Virus record (IMG/VR): IMGVR_UViG_3300031372_000005
Location: 15,545 to 79,544 of that record
Origin: a virus
Length of the DNA stretch: 64,000 bases
Strand: one strand, 5' to 3'
The notes below the pieces were generated by a model. It did not search any database. It had not been told where the DNA came from and saw nothing but the letters and a program-made list of their open reading frames with translations. Made by a program: the position numbers and the translations under genes. The stretch's first letter is position 1. Each line of letters begins with the position of its first letter. Below are positions 35,891 to 45,567 of this stretch, piece after piece.

Positions 35891-36394
35891 ATGGAAGATA
35901 CAGATAACACACCTTATAAATCAAGGTGGACAAAGTTTGAGGACTGGGCAGTAGAGGGAAATTTGCACATTTGGTATTTGATAATTTCGGCGATGGCCTT
36001 GTGTGTACTTCTTCTGATTATTGAAAAAGAAGCTAATAAGAGTTCAGACTTAGGCAAAAGGATTATTGAACTTCAGGCGCAGGTTCAAAGTAAAGAAGGC
36101 AAGATTCTCAGTCTTCAGGCTGATATGGAAGCACAAAGACAGGCTTATCTTATGCCAAAAGAACTCCCCAAAAAGGCTGACGAGTCTGCTGATAAAGCTG
36201 CTATTAAGGTAAACGAGAAAATCACCAAAGTACAGGATGCTTTGATTGATAAAGTTCAACAGCCTAAAATTATTACCAAAACAGAAACAACCACTGTCAC
36301 CATTCCTGTAAATAAAGAGTTGAACAATATTATGTTTGAGTCTTATTGTTCAACAGTTCCTGATAGTGACCAGTGTAGGAAGATTAAGAAATGA
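35891..36394 (+). CDS. i-spanin-like protein 2
   Basis: TM helix, coiled coil, C-terminal YC...C like the first i-spanin. Confidence 0.55.
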   Translation: MEDTDNTPYKSRWTKFEDWAVEGNLHIWYLIISAMALCVLLLIIEKEANKSSDLGKRIIELQAQVQSKEGKILSLQADMEAQRQAYLMPKELPKKADESADKAAIKVNEKITKVQDALIDKVQQPKIITKTETTTVTIPVNKELNNIMFESYCSTVPDSDQCRKIKK

Positions 36395-36660
36395 AATTTA
36401 CTCTTCTTATTATGATATGCTTATTCATGACAGCTTGTACCAGTAACGTTAAAAGTATTATTATCCTACCTAGCGATAGTATGCTACAAGAGTGTCAGGT
36501 TTCGCCTCCCCCTACTTTGACAGGGAATTCTGAAAAAGACAAGTTGTTGCTGGCCAGTGCTTGGTCTTTGCAAACTGGTAATCTTGGTAAGTGCAATCAA
36601 AAACTAAGAACCCTTAAGACTTGGAAGACTAACACAGCTAAACGTATGGAGGCGCTTTGA
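36391..36660 (+). CDS. o-spanin-like lipoprotein 2
   Basis: Lipobox MTAC; LPSDSMLQECQ..P..C..L..L..W pattern paralleling o-spanin 1. Confidence 0.65.
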   Translation: MKFTLLIMICLFMTACTSNVKSIIILPSDSMLQECQVSPPPTLTGNSEKDKLLLASAWSLQTGNLGKCNQKLRTLKTWKTNTAKRMEAL

Positions 36661-36938
36661 TGCCTAATTCTGAACTAAACGCCTCAAAAGATAAAAGTTT
36701 TGAAACTATTAAAAGCGCTTTGATTGGGCTATTGTTTGTTCTTCTAGGCTGGCAGTACTCTTCTTTTCAAAAACTTGAAGACCGTGTATTTACAATCTCT
36801 ACAACCACTATGACGCAAGATGCGGGTCGGTTGATGGAAGAGCGTTTAAATCGTAGTATGGAGACTAAGTTTTCTGAGATGTACTCTCGTCTGGATCTAA
36901 TTCTTCGCCTTGTTCAACAAAACGATAAAAACAAATAG
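36657..36938 (+). CDS. single-TM membrane protein (possible holin/antiholin)
   Basis: One TM helix plus coiled coil in lysis cassette. Confidence 0.45.
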   Translation: MMPNSELNASKDKSFETIKSALIGLLFVLLGWQYSSFQKLEDRVFTISTTTMTQDAGRLMEERLNRSMETKFSEMYSRLDLILRLVQQNDKNK

Positions 36939-36963
36939 CCCAAAAGCAGTAGAGGCTACCTAA

Positions 36964-37512
36964 ATGTGGTTAAAGGTATTAAATGTACTAGCTCAAATAA
37001 TTATAATAATCCTAGCCTTGGTAGTTGTCTTTACCATGTCAAAAAAGCAAATGATAGACTCCACATTTAGTAGCTTTCAAAAGCGTATTGATGAACAACT
37101 CGCTGAAGACAGAAAGCACTATGATGAGAGGATAGGAATGGTGCAGGATAACCTAAACCGCTATCAACTTAATAGGGAACAGAGGGCTAAGTTTCTCACT
37201 ACACGTATAGATGAATTGTATGATTTATACAAGAAAGATCCTTCTCCCATCTTAAAATCAAATAATCCACCCTTAGAAACATCTTCTCAAGCTCAGCCTG
37301 AAATACCCGTATTTCTTGATAAGAATTTCACATACGTTGAGAATCGACTTAACAAGATTGATGAAAGATTAGATATCAACTACAATAAACTAGAAGGTAG
37401 ATTAAATATACTCGAACAAAGAGTAAACCTTTTAAACTCAAATAAAGCCAGCGGTGTAAAAGTTATCCAAAACAACATGAATAACCAGACAATTACTGGA
37501 ACAGTACAATAA
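36964..37512 (+). CDS. membrane-anchored coiled-coil protein
   Basis: N-terminal hydrophobic helix and two coiled-coil stretches. Confidence 0.55.
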   Translation: MWLKVLNVLAQIIIIILALVVVFTMSKKQMIDSTFSSFQKRIDEQLAEDRKHYDERIGMVQDNLNRYQLNREQRAKFLTTRIDELYDLYKKDPSPILKSNNPPLETSSQAQPEIPVFLDKNFTYVENRLNKIDERLDINYNKLEGRLNILEQRVNLLNSNKASGVKVIQNNMNNQTITGTVQ

Positions 37513-37566
37513 AAATAATAAGGTCGAAAGACCAATTTAGGGACGCCATTCCCTACCTCAGACTTT

Positions 37567-37601
37567 AAGCTCCCCTCCTTCCGGTCGGGAGCTTTTTCTT
37601 T
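37567..37601 (+). terminator. intrinsic terminator ending the late operon
   Basis: AAGCTCCC-N12-GGGAGCTT-TTTCTTT at the strand switch. Confidence 0.8.
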
Positions 37602-37610
37602 GTCTGTTGA

Positions 37611-38213
37611 TTAATCAGTTATTTCTATCTTCCATCCCATCATAGCTTCATACACCCTAGGATCTAATTGGGCTTTCCAGAGAACAGCCTTACTCCTAAT
37701 AAAAATTTCTTTTGCATTTTTATAGGCAGCAAAGGCTAATTCAACCGTTGGATAAGAGCCAATATGTTGACTCAAACTACGATCACCTTGTCTGAGAGAT
37801 GCAACATAGTTTTTATTAACCGGGTGTTGATATACGCCAAGTGGGTACTTCCCCCGGTTAATTCTGTTGTTAATAAAAAGAATATTTACTTCTTGAGGAA
37901 CAAAACAACAAGTTTCTGGTGAATACAGTTTGTTACCTTTACTTAGAATATCTTTATCAAGACACCAACCAACTTGCTTATATTCTACAGAGTGCCACCA
38001 CTCAGCAAAACATTGGTAGTCAAACCATTCATCACAAACGATTGCTTTTTCTCTAAGATACGCCGCATTCTTCACATTCTCTTTCCTTTCAAAATTATTG
38101 CATCTTTCATGCATTGAATTCCAAGTATTACTTTCAGGATAACCTCGTTTTGTCTCGCTATTAAACCTGGGCCAACCACCCTTTTTACGAGCTTTTGAGT
38201 TGTAAGGCTTCAT
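37611..38213 (-). CDS. HNH-like homing endonuclease
   Basis: WNSMHERC...CDEWFDYQCFAEW...LDKDIL...YSPETCCFVPQEVN; AP2-like C-terminus. Confidence 0.75.
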   Translation of the reverse strand: MKPYNSKARKKGGWPRFNSETKRGYPESNTWNSMHERCNNFERKENVKNAAYLREKAIVCDEWFDYQCFAEWWHSVEYKQVGWCLDKDILSKGNKLYSPETCCFVPQEVNILFINNRINRGKYPLGVYQHPVNKNYVASLRQGDRSLSQHIGSYPTVELAFAAYKNAKEIFIRSKAVLWKAQLDPRVYEAMMGWKIEITD

Positions 38214-38214
38214 A

Positions 38215-38388
38215 TCACTTCTCCACGCACCCTGCACCAACACTGCTTCCAAGCAAACTAGGCACCACTACAAAGAAGTATTTACCATCAAGCTCTTTAC
38301 ATTGAGAACTGACTTCTTTTAAGTTTACTTTGGAAGAACAGCCATATAGCATAAGTGCAGCAAGAATCATTGCGTACTTTATATTCAT
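38215..38388 (-). CDS. small lipoprotein
   Basis: Signal peptide with lipobox LYGC. Confidence 0.6.
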   Translation of the reverse strand: MNIKYAMILAALMLYGCSSKVNLKEVSSQCKELDGKYFFVVVPSLLGSSVGAGCVEK

Positions 38389-39047
38389 TAATCCCACCAA
38401 CTCCTAACCTTTCGTTCAAACATCTTTGCGGCTAACTGTAGCTGCTGTTTTTGAACACTTGCCTCAATTTTATAGAACGTCTTACGATGTTTATAGTTGG
38501 GCAGGGTGTTAGGTTTTTGAACATGTTTCCAACCACCAAACAAACCCTTCTTACCAGTTTCTACAAAGTCAAGTCTGTCTTGTGCCCATGAATCCTCACG
38601 AATCCTGTTAAGAAGTTCTGCCCAGATAATAAGCTCTTTTGCAGTGTCTTGAGCTTTCATCAAGTGACCATGATTTTTGTGGCAATCAGACATATCCCGT
38701 GCAGCTGTCTCCATCAAGTAGAGCAAACCACTATGATCCCAAGAGCGGTATTTCCAAAGAGCATGTTTGAACTTCCAAAAAGTTCTGAAAAACTTCCACA
38801 AAGGAGCTACACGGATAGTGTAAATCAAGTCTGGAATAAATAGCCAGATGTTTTGTAATTTGTTGAAACCTTCATCCGTTAGCCAGTGAATTATTGGTGA
38901 AGTTTTATTGCAAAACTCTTCATGCTCATTCCAACCTTCAATAGTGCTGTACTTGGGACTTGTCAGCCTAAACTTGCCTCTAATGTAGAGTGAAAGTTTA
39001 CTAGAAGACCAGTAAGACCCTCGTGAGCGGTGTGTAATTAGGCGCAT
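38388..39047 (-). CDS. hypothetical protein (Trp-rich)
   Basis: 219-aa ORF, GGAG RBS, TAATG coupling to next ORF. Confidence 0.7.
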   Translation of the reverse strand: MRLITHRSRGSYWSSSKLSLYIRGKFRLTSPKYSTIEGWNEHEEFCNKTSPIIHWLTDEGFNKLQNIWLFIPDLIYTIRVAPLWKFFRTFWKFKHALWKYRSWDHSGLLYLMETAARDMSDCHKNHGHLMKAQDTAKELIIWAELLNRIREDSWAQDRLDFVETGKKGLFGGWKHVQKPNTLPNYKHRKTFYKIEASVQKQQLQLAAKMFERKVRSWWD

Positions 39048-39049
39048 AA

Positions 39050-39184
39050 TTACTCTCCAAAATTCTTTTCAATATAAGAAGAAATCATCTGCCCATAATC
39101 ACCAATTGCAAAGTAAACAGCTACGCTCGCCCAACCAACATATCCAAAAACTGCCAGAAATACGAAAGCTGTGTTCAAAACCAT
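39050..39184 (-). CDS. small membrane protein (not in ORF track)
   Basis: MVLNTAFVFLAVFGYVGWASVAVYFAIGDYGQMISSYIEKNFGE fills the intergenic gap. Confidence 0.5.
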   Translation of the reverse strand: MVLNTAFVFLAVFGYVGWASVAVYFAIGDYGQMISSYIEKNFGE

Positions 39185-39203
39185 CCAAAACCAAAATGCC
39201 TTA

Positions 39204-39590
39204 TTACTCACCTTTCATCTCCTTGATTCGTTTAATAGATTTCTTGAACACATTTTCACCCGCTTTAAGACCAACAAGACCAGCACTCTCAAACTGAGCT
39301 TTAAGTTGGTTCGCAGCATAAGAACAGGCTACCACATTACCACGAACATAACCCTTTGTGCAATCAATTCGATCAATAGTCAAATCGTTAGCTTTCTGGG
39401 CACCCGCATCTGGCTTACTGAGAACAATACCTGTGTAGTAGCATTTGTTAGCTGACAGCAAATTCTTCATAGCTTGAAATGAGAGATTGAATTCAATACC
39501 ACGATCTTTCGCGTTGTTGGCTTTAGCATTAAGCTTTCGTGCCACATAGCAATCCCACTGTGAAGCTGACATTCCTTCAGGCCGAGCCAT
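39204..39590 (-). CDS. His-Me finger-like putative nuclease
   Basis: RGIEFNLS...CYYTG...TIDRID...GYVRGNVVAC...N. Confidence 0.6.
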   Translation of the reverse strand: MARPEGMSASQWDCYVARKLNAKANNAKDRGIEFNLSFQAMKNLLSANKCYYTGIVLSKPDAGAQKANDLTIDRIDCTKGYVRGNVVACSYAANQLKAQFESAGLVGLKAGENVFKKSIKRIKEMKGE

Positions 39591-39595
39591 AGTAA

Positions 39596-39805
39596 TTACT
39601 CCGTGTGTTTAGCTGCACTTTCAAATGTAGGTTTATACTGAATCTGAGCCTTCTTGTCAACAACATCTTTCTTAACATTAGTTCTCAAATCATATTGCCC
39701 ATTTAAGTCAGCCACTTTATCAGCCTTATACGAAATCCATGCATGACCTAAGACAAGCACTACAATTAGCAAGAACAGTACAGCTAGCATATCAATGAAT
39801 TTCAT
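39596..39805 (-). CDS. hypothetical membrane protein
   Basis: N-terminal TM helix. Confidence 0.6.
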   Translation of the reverse strand: MKFIDMLAVLFLLIVVLVLGHAWISYKADKVADLNGQYDLRTNVKKDVVDKKAQIQYKPTFESAAKHTE

Positions 39806-40014
39806 AGCGATGCCATCAATTCTTTTTGCTTATCTTCAGGAAACTGGTTGAATTCCTCCACAAGCTTGTCAATGTGTTCCAGCAAAGAATTTGGCTGCAC
39901 CTCTTGCAAGGTTCTCTTGAGCACATATTTGTCGTCCACAATACCATTTCTCAAGAACTCCAAACGTTCAGTTGGGTCCATACGGCCATAGTCTACGCGA
40001 AGTGTTGTTTTCAT
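39802..40014 (-). CDS. hypothetical protein
   Basis: GGAG RBS; overlaps neighbour. Confidence 0.6.
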   Translation of the reverse strand: MKTTLRVDYGRMDPTERLEFLRNGIVDDKYVLKRTLQEVQPNSLLEHIDKLVEEFNQFPEDKQKELMASL

Positions 40015-40050
40015 TTTTGTATCTCCAATTTGTTTGTGTGTAAACCAATC

Positions 40051-40308
40051 TTAGGCTACAGACAGATTGCTGTCAAGAGATTTGTTGAATTTTTCTTTGA
40101 AAGCATCAGCAACACTCTTAGCCTCGTCTTGAAGCTCTTTGTAGTCGTCTTGCCCAATAATTCCCTGCATCACTGCAAAGGATGCTTGGCCTAGGGCATA
40201 TCCGTAGCGAAAGTCCATGTGGGTGAGGTTAAAGGATTGCTCAATAAGGCGAATGCTCATGCGAATGTGAGCGAGAGTCTCAGAGGTTGTCAAGGTTATT
40301 TCTCCCAA
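40051..40308 (-). CDS. hypothetical protein
   Basis: ORF in - strand operon. Confidence 0.55.
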   Translation of the reverse strand: MGEITLTTSETLAHIRMSIRLIEQSFNLTHMDFRYGYALGQASFAVMQGIIGQDDYKELQDEAKSVADAFKEKFNKSLDSNLSVA

Positions 40309-40363
40309 GTGTGAATGAGGATAAAGATGAATAGTACGAAAGCTGGGATTAGGAGTAGGAGGA

Positions 40364-40516
40364 TCATAGAATGAAGCTCATCAGATCTTCTGGTTGAACG
40401 TCGAACCATACACCACCAACTTTCTTCTGAAGGACAAGCAAGCTTCTTCCTCGTACTGGTTCTCGATAAACTTTAAATTGATACTCGCCCGTTGATAGTA
40501 ATTCTTTGATGTTCAT
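40364..40516 (-). CDS. hypothetical protein
   Basis: AGGAG RBS before ATG 40516. Confidence 0.6.
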   Translation of the reverse strand: MNIKELLSTGEYQFKVYREPVRGRSLLVLQKKVGGVWFDVQPEDLMSFIL

Positions 40517-40532
40517 TGTGTTTCTCCTAGGT

Positions 40533-40600
40533 AAAGAAAAGGACACCGAAGCATGCCTGCCTCATGTGTCCTAGGATAACACAGCCCAAAAGGATGTCAA
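40533..40600 (-). terminator. terminator of nrd operon overlapped by downstream promoter
   Basis: GGACAC...GTGTCC-TTTTCTTT; TTGACA-N16-TATCCT with extended TG places the start in the 5' arm. Confidence 0.65.
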
Positions 40601-40608
40601 ATTTTATT

Positions 40609-41580
40609 TTAAGCTTGTTGGTACATATCATAAGCTGTTGAAAAGCTGCCTGCCAAATTAGCTTTGGCATACTCAACAATACTTCGTTCAAAGAATGAAC
40701 CAAACGTCTTACCCATCATCGCATCAATCCAAGGTAGTGGATTTTCTTTTACGTTCCAATTCTTCTTGAAACCCAACTGCTGAAGACGGTAATCAGCTAC
40801 ATACCGCACATACTTTTTAACGTCCTCTTTCAAGAGATTACTAACTCCACCCATTTTAAAGATGCGGTCAACAAACGCATCTTCGAGTTTCACCAACTCT
40901 CGTGCAGAAGAGTAAATATCCTTTTTAAACTCATCCGTAACGATGCGGGGGTGCTCGTCCAGGAAGATACGGAATAGTGCTGTATTACCTTCCACATGGA
41001 TTGACTCATCTACCATGCTCCACCGAACAATATCACACATTCCAGGCAACTTGCCCAACCGATCAAAGTTCAGCAGGATAGCAAAGGATGCAAAAAGACT
41101 CACACCTTCCATCAATGTCTGTTTAGCTAAATATTTTGCAAAGTCTGTGTGACTCTTACCAATATTCTCAATCATGTACTCATGCTTTTCTTTCATCTCT
41201 GCATAATCAAGAAACTCATGGTAAAAGCTTTGTCCAAAACCCATTGTATCTGAGAACAAAGCATACGCTCGCGTATGTGTCCCCTCCCTTGCAGCGAAGC
41301 TCCCCAACATTGCACGAGCTTCATTATTCTTGATGTAAGGAATAATCTTATCGTAGTAGCCTTGACCAACGTTCACATCTGATTGAGTGAACAGACGGAA
41401 GATGTTAGATGTAAGATTCTTCTCTTCAGGTAAAATCTTACCATTCTTCCACTGTTCAACATCAGTGTTAAGCTTTGCTTCGTGCTCATACCAATGCACT
41501 TTTTCATGCTTGATATTAATCTCTACCAAGCTGTGGTATTTAGGCGAATAAATCTCGCTGTATTCTGTGAGGCTCATCAT
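40609..41580 (-). CDS. nrdB: ribonucleotide reductase class Ia beta subunit
   Basis: FAAREGTHTRAY, EGVSLFASF, DESIH di-iron ligands; FFER...Y C-terminus. Confidence 0.95.
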   Translation of the reverse strand: MMSLTEYSEIYSPKYHSLVEINIKHEKVHWYEHEAKLNTDVEQWKNGKILPEEKNLTSNIFRLFTQSDVNVGQGYYDKIIPYIKNNEARAMLGSFAAREGTHTRAYALFSDTMGFGQSFYHEFLDYAEMKEKHEYMIENIGKSHTDFAKYLAKQTLMEGVSLFASFAILLNFDRLGKLPGMCDIVRWSMVDESIHVEGNTALFRIFLDEHPRIVTDEFKKDIYSSARELVKLEDAFVDRIFKMGGVSNLLKEDVKKYVRYVADYRLQQLGFKKNWNVKENPLPWIDAMMGKTFGSFFERSIVEYAKANLAGSFSTAYDMYQQA

Positions 41581-41597
41581 CTCTCCTTAATTAAGTT

Positions 41598-43460
41598 TCA
41601 GCCACTGCACGCTGCACATTCCTCACCAACCTCTGGTGTCCAGTCCGTGATAGCCTTGCGTTCAATCTCTTTAGCAACGTCAGCATTGATACCGCGTTCC
41701 ATGCGAGCATAGTACATACTTTTAGAGTACGGTGCAAGCAAGAATTTCAGGTGTACAGAGTTAAAGTAGCCGCGATCACAACCAGCAGGATAGAAAGTGT
41801 TCAAGCTCTGGCTTTGGCAGACATATTGGGCACGAGCATCTGATTGCTCGATAATCCAATGTTGGTCAATCTCGGCACCTGTCTTAAACACAAGCTTGTC
41901 TTTATCAGACATATACTCAAGACTTTGCACACTGCCGTTGTCCTTAGCAATAAACTTCCACTGGTCTTCTACCCAACCTCCAACCTTATCTGCTGCAATA
42001 CCAAGCTTCTGAGCATACTCTGCCAACTTCTTACCCAAATGCGGATTCTTTACAGTGAATGTCCCAGCGCGGGTTGAGTGACTGTAGGCATTACCACTTA
42101 CAGGTTCAATACTTGGACTTTCACCTAAGATAACAGCGTTGTTACTATTAGGGGCAATAGCCATTAATGCAGAGTTACGAAGGCCGGAGCCAATCATGTC
42201 TGAAGGCTCACCACGCTCCACTGCAAGCTTACGGCTCTCAGATAAGGCTTTGTCTTTAATCAACTTATAAATCTTATGCGTCTCTTGAATAGCACTACCA
42301 AATCCACCACCTTCCATTGGAATGCCTTTGGACTGGAGATAGTAGTGCCAAGAGAGTGTCCCGATCCCAATTGCTCGTTCCATCTTAGCTGAATAAACAG
42401 CTTTCTTTAGCTCTCCTGGTGCATTGTCAATAAAGTATTGAAGCACGTTGTCAAGGAAACGCGTCAAGTCTTCTACCAAAGTAGTGTCTTTCCATGCATC
42501 ATATTTAGCAAGGTTTAGGCTACTAAGGCAGCATACAAAGGTTCGCTCTTCATTTGTAGGCAGTGACACTTCAATACAGATGTTGCTTCCCTGGATCTTA
42601 AGCCCTTTATCCTTTTGTGTTTGTGGCAAAGTACGATTTGCAGCATCGATCTTGAACAGATACGGTTCACCTTGCAATGCACGAGCCTCAAGAATTTCTT
42701 CCCAAATCATCCGCGCTTTAACAACATCTTTTACTTCTTTTGTGTGAGGACACACCAACTCAAAATCATCATCTGCCAAAACAGCTTGTGTGAACTTATC
42801 TGTAATATTTACAGCGTGGTGGAACTGAACACGGTTATCTGCCTTACGAGCACTGTCACCACCTGATGGGATACGGAACTTAATATGCTCAATAATATCA
42901 GGGTGGCTCACGTCCATATAGTATGCACAAGCACCACGACGTGTTTTACCTTGCTTGTAGTATCCAATAATGGCGTCCATAGTCTTCATGTAAGGAATTG
43001 GACCGGGTGCTTTATCAGTAGTTGCACGAATACTATTATGAAGCCCTACGCCACCACCAGCTACAGACAGCGCAGCAAGCTCTACGTTAGCTTCCATTTG
43101 TCCCTTAATGCTATCTGGCACTTCAAGAGCAAAGCAGCTAATAGGCATTGCAGGAGAAACTTCACCTTCCCACATCCATTTATGATTCCATTGGGTGTTG
43201 TCCCCAAAAACATCTCCAATGTAGCTCCACTTACCAACAGGTGCATTACTCAGGACTGGGCTTGCGAACATGAACCAGCCTTTGTGGGCCGCTTCGTAGA
43301 TACGCTGTGCTAATTCATAGTCACCATAGCAAAAAGCTTCTGAGGCTCGTGCGATTGCATCATTGAATGTCTCTCCTTGTTTGAGGTAAAAACCATCAAG
43401 CAAAGCATTTGAGAAATCATTGATATATGATGGCTGATCTTCAAACTTTTTAATACCCAC
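41598..43460 (-). CDS. nrdA: ribonucleotide reductase class I alpha subunit
   Basis: FASPVLSN, SCF, GGGVG, SNICIE (NxCxE), AIAPN, QSQSLN, C-terminal CAAC. Confidence 0.95.
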   Translation of the reverse strand: MGIKKFEDQPSYINDFSNALLDGFYLKQGETFNDAIARASEAFCYGDYELAQRIYEAAHKGWFMFASPVLSNAPVGKWSYIGDVFGDNTQWNHKWMWEGEVSPAMPISCFALEVPDSIKGQMEANVELAALSVAGGGVGLHNSIRATTDKAPGPIPYMKTMDAIIGYYKQGKTRRGACAYYMDVSHPDIIEHIKFRIPSGGDSARKADNRVQFHHAVNITDKFTQAVLADDDFELVCPHTKEVKDVVKARMIWEEILEARALQGEPYLFKIDAANRTLPQTQKDKGLKIQGSNICIEVSLPTNEERTFVCCLSSLNLAKYDAWKDTTLVEDLTRFLDNVLQYFIDNAPGELKKAVYSAKMERAIGIGTLSWHYYLQSKGIPMEGGGFGSAIQETHKIYKLIKDKALSESRKLAVERGEPSDMIGSGLRNSALMAIAPNSNNAVILGESPSIEPVSGNAYSHSTRAGTFTVKNPHLGKKLAEYAQKLGIAADKVGGWVEDQWKFIAKDNGSVQSLEYMSDKDKLVFKTGAEIDQHWIIEQSDARAQYVCQSQSLNTFYPAGCDRGYFNSVHLKFLLAPYSKSMYYARMERGINADVAKEIERKAITDWTPEVGEECAACSG

Positions 43461-43470
43461 TTAATTCCCC

Positions 43471-43833
43471 TTATTTATTTGCGTGCTTCTGAAGTTCAGA
43501 GCAAATATGCTCGCTATTACTATAATTACGACCCATTGTCTTAAGCTGAATTCGAAGGTCTAAGTCACAGGATTCTACCACCGCTTCCCATGATGCAGCC
43601 CCACTTGTCAGCCAACTACGATCTTGACGTTCCTCGCCTACATAACGCTCACAACTAACGATGTTACCACGAAGATTACGATGCTTAGAATATTCCAATG
43701 TATACGGTTCAGCAACATCTAGTCCGTTCTCAAAAAGAATCTTTTCAATTGCGACTTTATCGTTGTTGCCAAAAGCAGTTTTAAAATTATCAATTAGTAG
43801 AAGATCACTAATACTTAATGTGTGCCCAATCAT
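43471..43833 (-). CDS. hypothetical protein
   Basis: 120-aa ORF in operon. Confidence 0.65.
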   Translation of the reverse strand: MIGHTLSISDLLLIDNFKTAFGNNDKVAIEKILFENGLDVAEPYTLEYSKHRNLRGNIVSCERYVGEERQDRSWLTSGAASWEAVVESCDLDLRIQLKTMGRNYSNSEHICSELQKHANK

Positions 43834-43834
43834 A

Positions 43835-44029
43835 TCAATTCACCCACGTCATAGTATCTTCAATAAAAGCTTCTTGTACGCCTACATCAAGGTCATACAA
43901 AGAGAGAAACTCATCAGCAGCATCTAGCACATACTTACGAGCCTGATCACCATTCATATCTGTTCGGGCTTTGTAAAGTAGGACAAGTTCATTCAAGTAT
44001 TCGCCGCGTGTCATGTTGACTGTGTTCAT
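43835..44029 (-). CDS. hypothetical protein
   Basis: GGAG RBS, 64 aa. Confidence 0.6.
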   Translation of the reverse strand: MNTVNMTRGEYLNELVLLYKARTDMNGDQARKYVLDAADEFLSLYDLDVGVQEAFIEDTMTWVN

Positions 44030-44030
44030 T

Positions 44031-44693
44031 TTATTTCTCCATTACTTCTTTTAGAAACGGAAAGTATTTTACCACTTCTGCTTTGCATTTGACAGCTAAG
44101 TCTTGATGTTCAAGCTGGCTTCCGTTGGCCTCGCGTAAGCTCACATAGTGCAGCCAACTACGAACCGTACCATTCATATACATCTTACTCATTGTAAGAC
44201 CTTCTGGCAAGATAACACGAGCTACTTCCTTAGCAATACCCATCTGAAGTGCAGCAACATATAAGTCCTCAATTAGGTTGAGTGTATCTTGTTGTGCAGC
44301 ATCCCACCAAGATTTAACATCTTCATCGTCAATTTTAATGCTGTTCTGACGATTCTTCAAATCCTGCATTCGGCATTCACGCTTTACAAAGTCTGTACTC
44401 TCCGCATAGCGCTGACTGAACTCTTGAAAACTAAAACTACGATGCCGCAATACTTGTCGTGCAATGTCTCGTGGACACTCAATTTCCATTGTAATGTTAC
44501 ATGTTTCAAACACTGAATAGTGTTGATGTTCTACACAATACTTAAGAAGCTTTGCTGCTGTATCAAAATTACTCTGGTTCTGGGGAGATGAAACTCGGGC
44601 TGAATATGAGATAATACCTTCACTATCTGGGATATCTTCTACTACAGGTTGAGTTACACCGATCACACGGCACTTGATAAAGTCAAAGCTCAT
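44031..44693 (-). CDS. thyX: flavin-dependent thymidylate synthase
   Basis: RHRSFSFQEFSQRY (RHRx7S) signature; AKEVARVILP. Confidence 0.95.
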   Translation of the reverse strand: MSFDFIKCRVIGVTQPVVEDIPDSEGIISYSARVSSPQNQSNFDTAAKLLKYCVEHQHYSVFETCNITMEIECPRDIARQVLRHRSFSFQEFSQRYAESTDFVKRECRMQDLKNRQNSIKIDDEDVKSWWDAAQQDTLNLIEDLYVAALQMGIAKEVARVILPEGLTMSKMYMNGTVRSWLHYVSLREANGSQLEHQDLAVKCKAEVVKYFPFLKEVMEK

Positions 44694-45175
44694 TTAGGTA
44701 CAAACTCCTTTAGCTCTACAGACTTGAAATTGACAGGCTTCAACGTCTTACCCTTACTATTCTTTACACTGTAAAAAGGAACACCATTCACTACAGAAGT
44801 CTCAATAAACACTTCATCTTCAAACTTCTTCTCAAGCATCTCCTTAGTCTCTACAGCAAGGTAGTAGCTATCGTAGTGCTTAGTGGCGTTGTTGTCGCAG
44901 ACAGCTTGTAGGGCACCTTGTACATCAAACCCTGCCTTCTCCAGCATAGCAGCTTTCCAGGCCCATACAAAGAATTCATCACAAACAGCATCAAGACTTT
45001 CAACTGAATCATTGATCTTTGCGGCTTCCAAGCCTTCATTACTTTCTTCTACCATTAAGTTTGATTGGTTCTCCATTGCTCGCCACCAATCTAGTGTGTC
45101 AAACTCTTGGAACTTATTTCCAACCTTTTGATTGAATTCTTTTACGTTGTTGTAAAACTCTACCAAGCTTTTCAA
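44690..45175 (-). CDS. MazG-like NTP pyrophosphohydrolase
   Basis: EESNE...ESLDAVCD (EExxE...ExxD); NNATK; GKTLKP. Confidence 0.7.
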   Translation of the reverse strand: MKSLVEFYNNVKEFNQKVGNKFQEFDTLDWWRAMENQSNLMVEESNEGLEAAKINDSVESLDAVCDEFFVWAWKAAMLEKAGFDVQGALQAVCDNNATKHYDSYYLAVETKEMLEKKFEDEVFIETSVVNGVPFYSVKNSKGKTLKPVNFKSVELKEFVPK

Positions 45176-45201
45176 AGTCTCTCCTAATTTTCTATTTTAA
45201 T

Positions 45202-45567
45202 TTATGCTGCAACTAAGGCATTGTACACAGGACTGTCTAAACACTCAACATATGTGATTGGAATTCCTTTGCTTTTTGCATATTGAATCTCAAACTGCAC
45301 GCCAATAGACTCTTTCCAACCTTCCATCATCAGCACATACATTTGATCACAACTATCAATGTACAAGCAATCTAAATCTTTCCAGAAATCGAATGTACAA
45401 GGCATGTTTGCCGCTAGAGACATTGGATGAGAATGTACAATGGGCGAAAACACAGGCAAACCTTTTAGCGTAAATTCAATCGACTTCATCAATGCGTATT
45501 CATAGCGTTCTTGCCTGAGTTGTGCATCTGCATTGATTGAGTAGGGGGAAGCTATGTAAATTGTCAT
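45202..45567 (-). CDS. DUF1937-family (nucleoside deoxyribosyltransferase-like fold)
   Basis: IYIASPYS...FSPIVHSH...W...D...GWKESIGVQFEIQYAKSKGIPI. Confidence 0.7.
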   Translation of the reverse strand: MTIYIASPYSINADAQLRQERYEYALMKSIEFTLKGLPVFSPIVHSHPMSLAANMPCTFDFWKDLDCLYIDSCDQMYVLMMEGWKESIGVQFEIQYAKSKGIPITYVECLDSPVYNALVAA

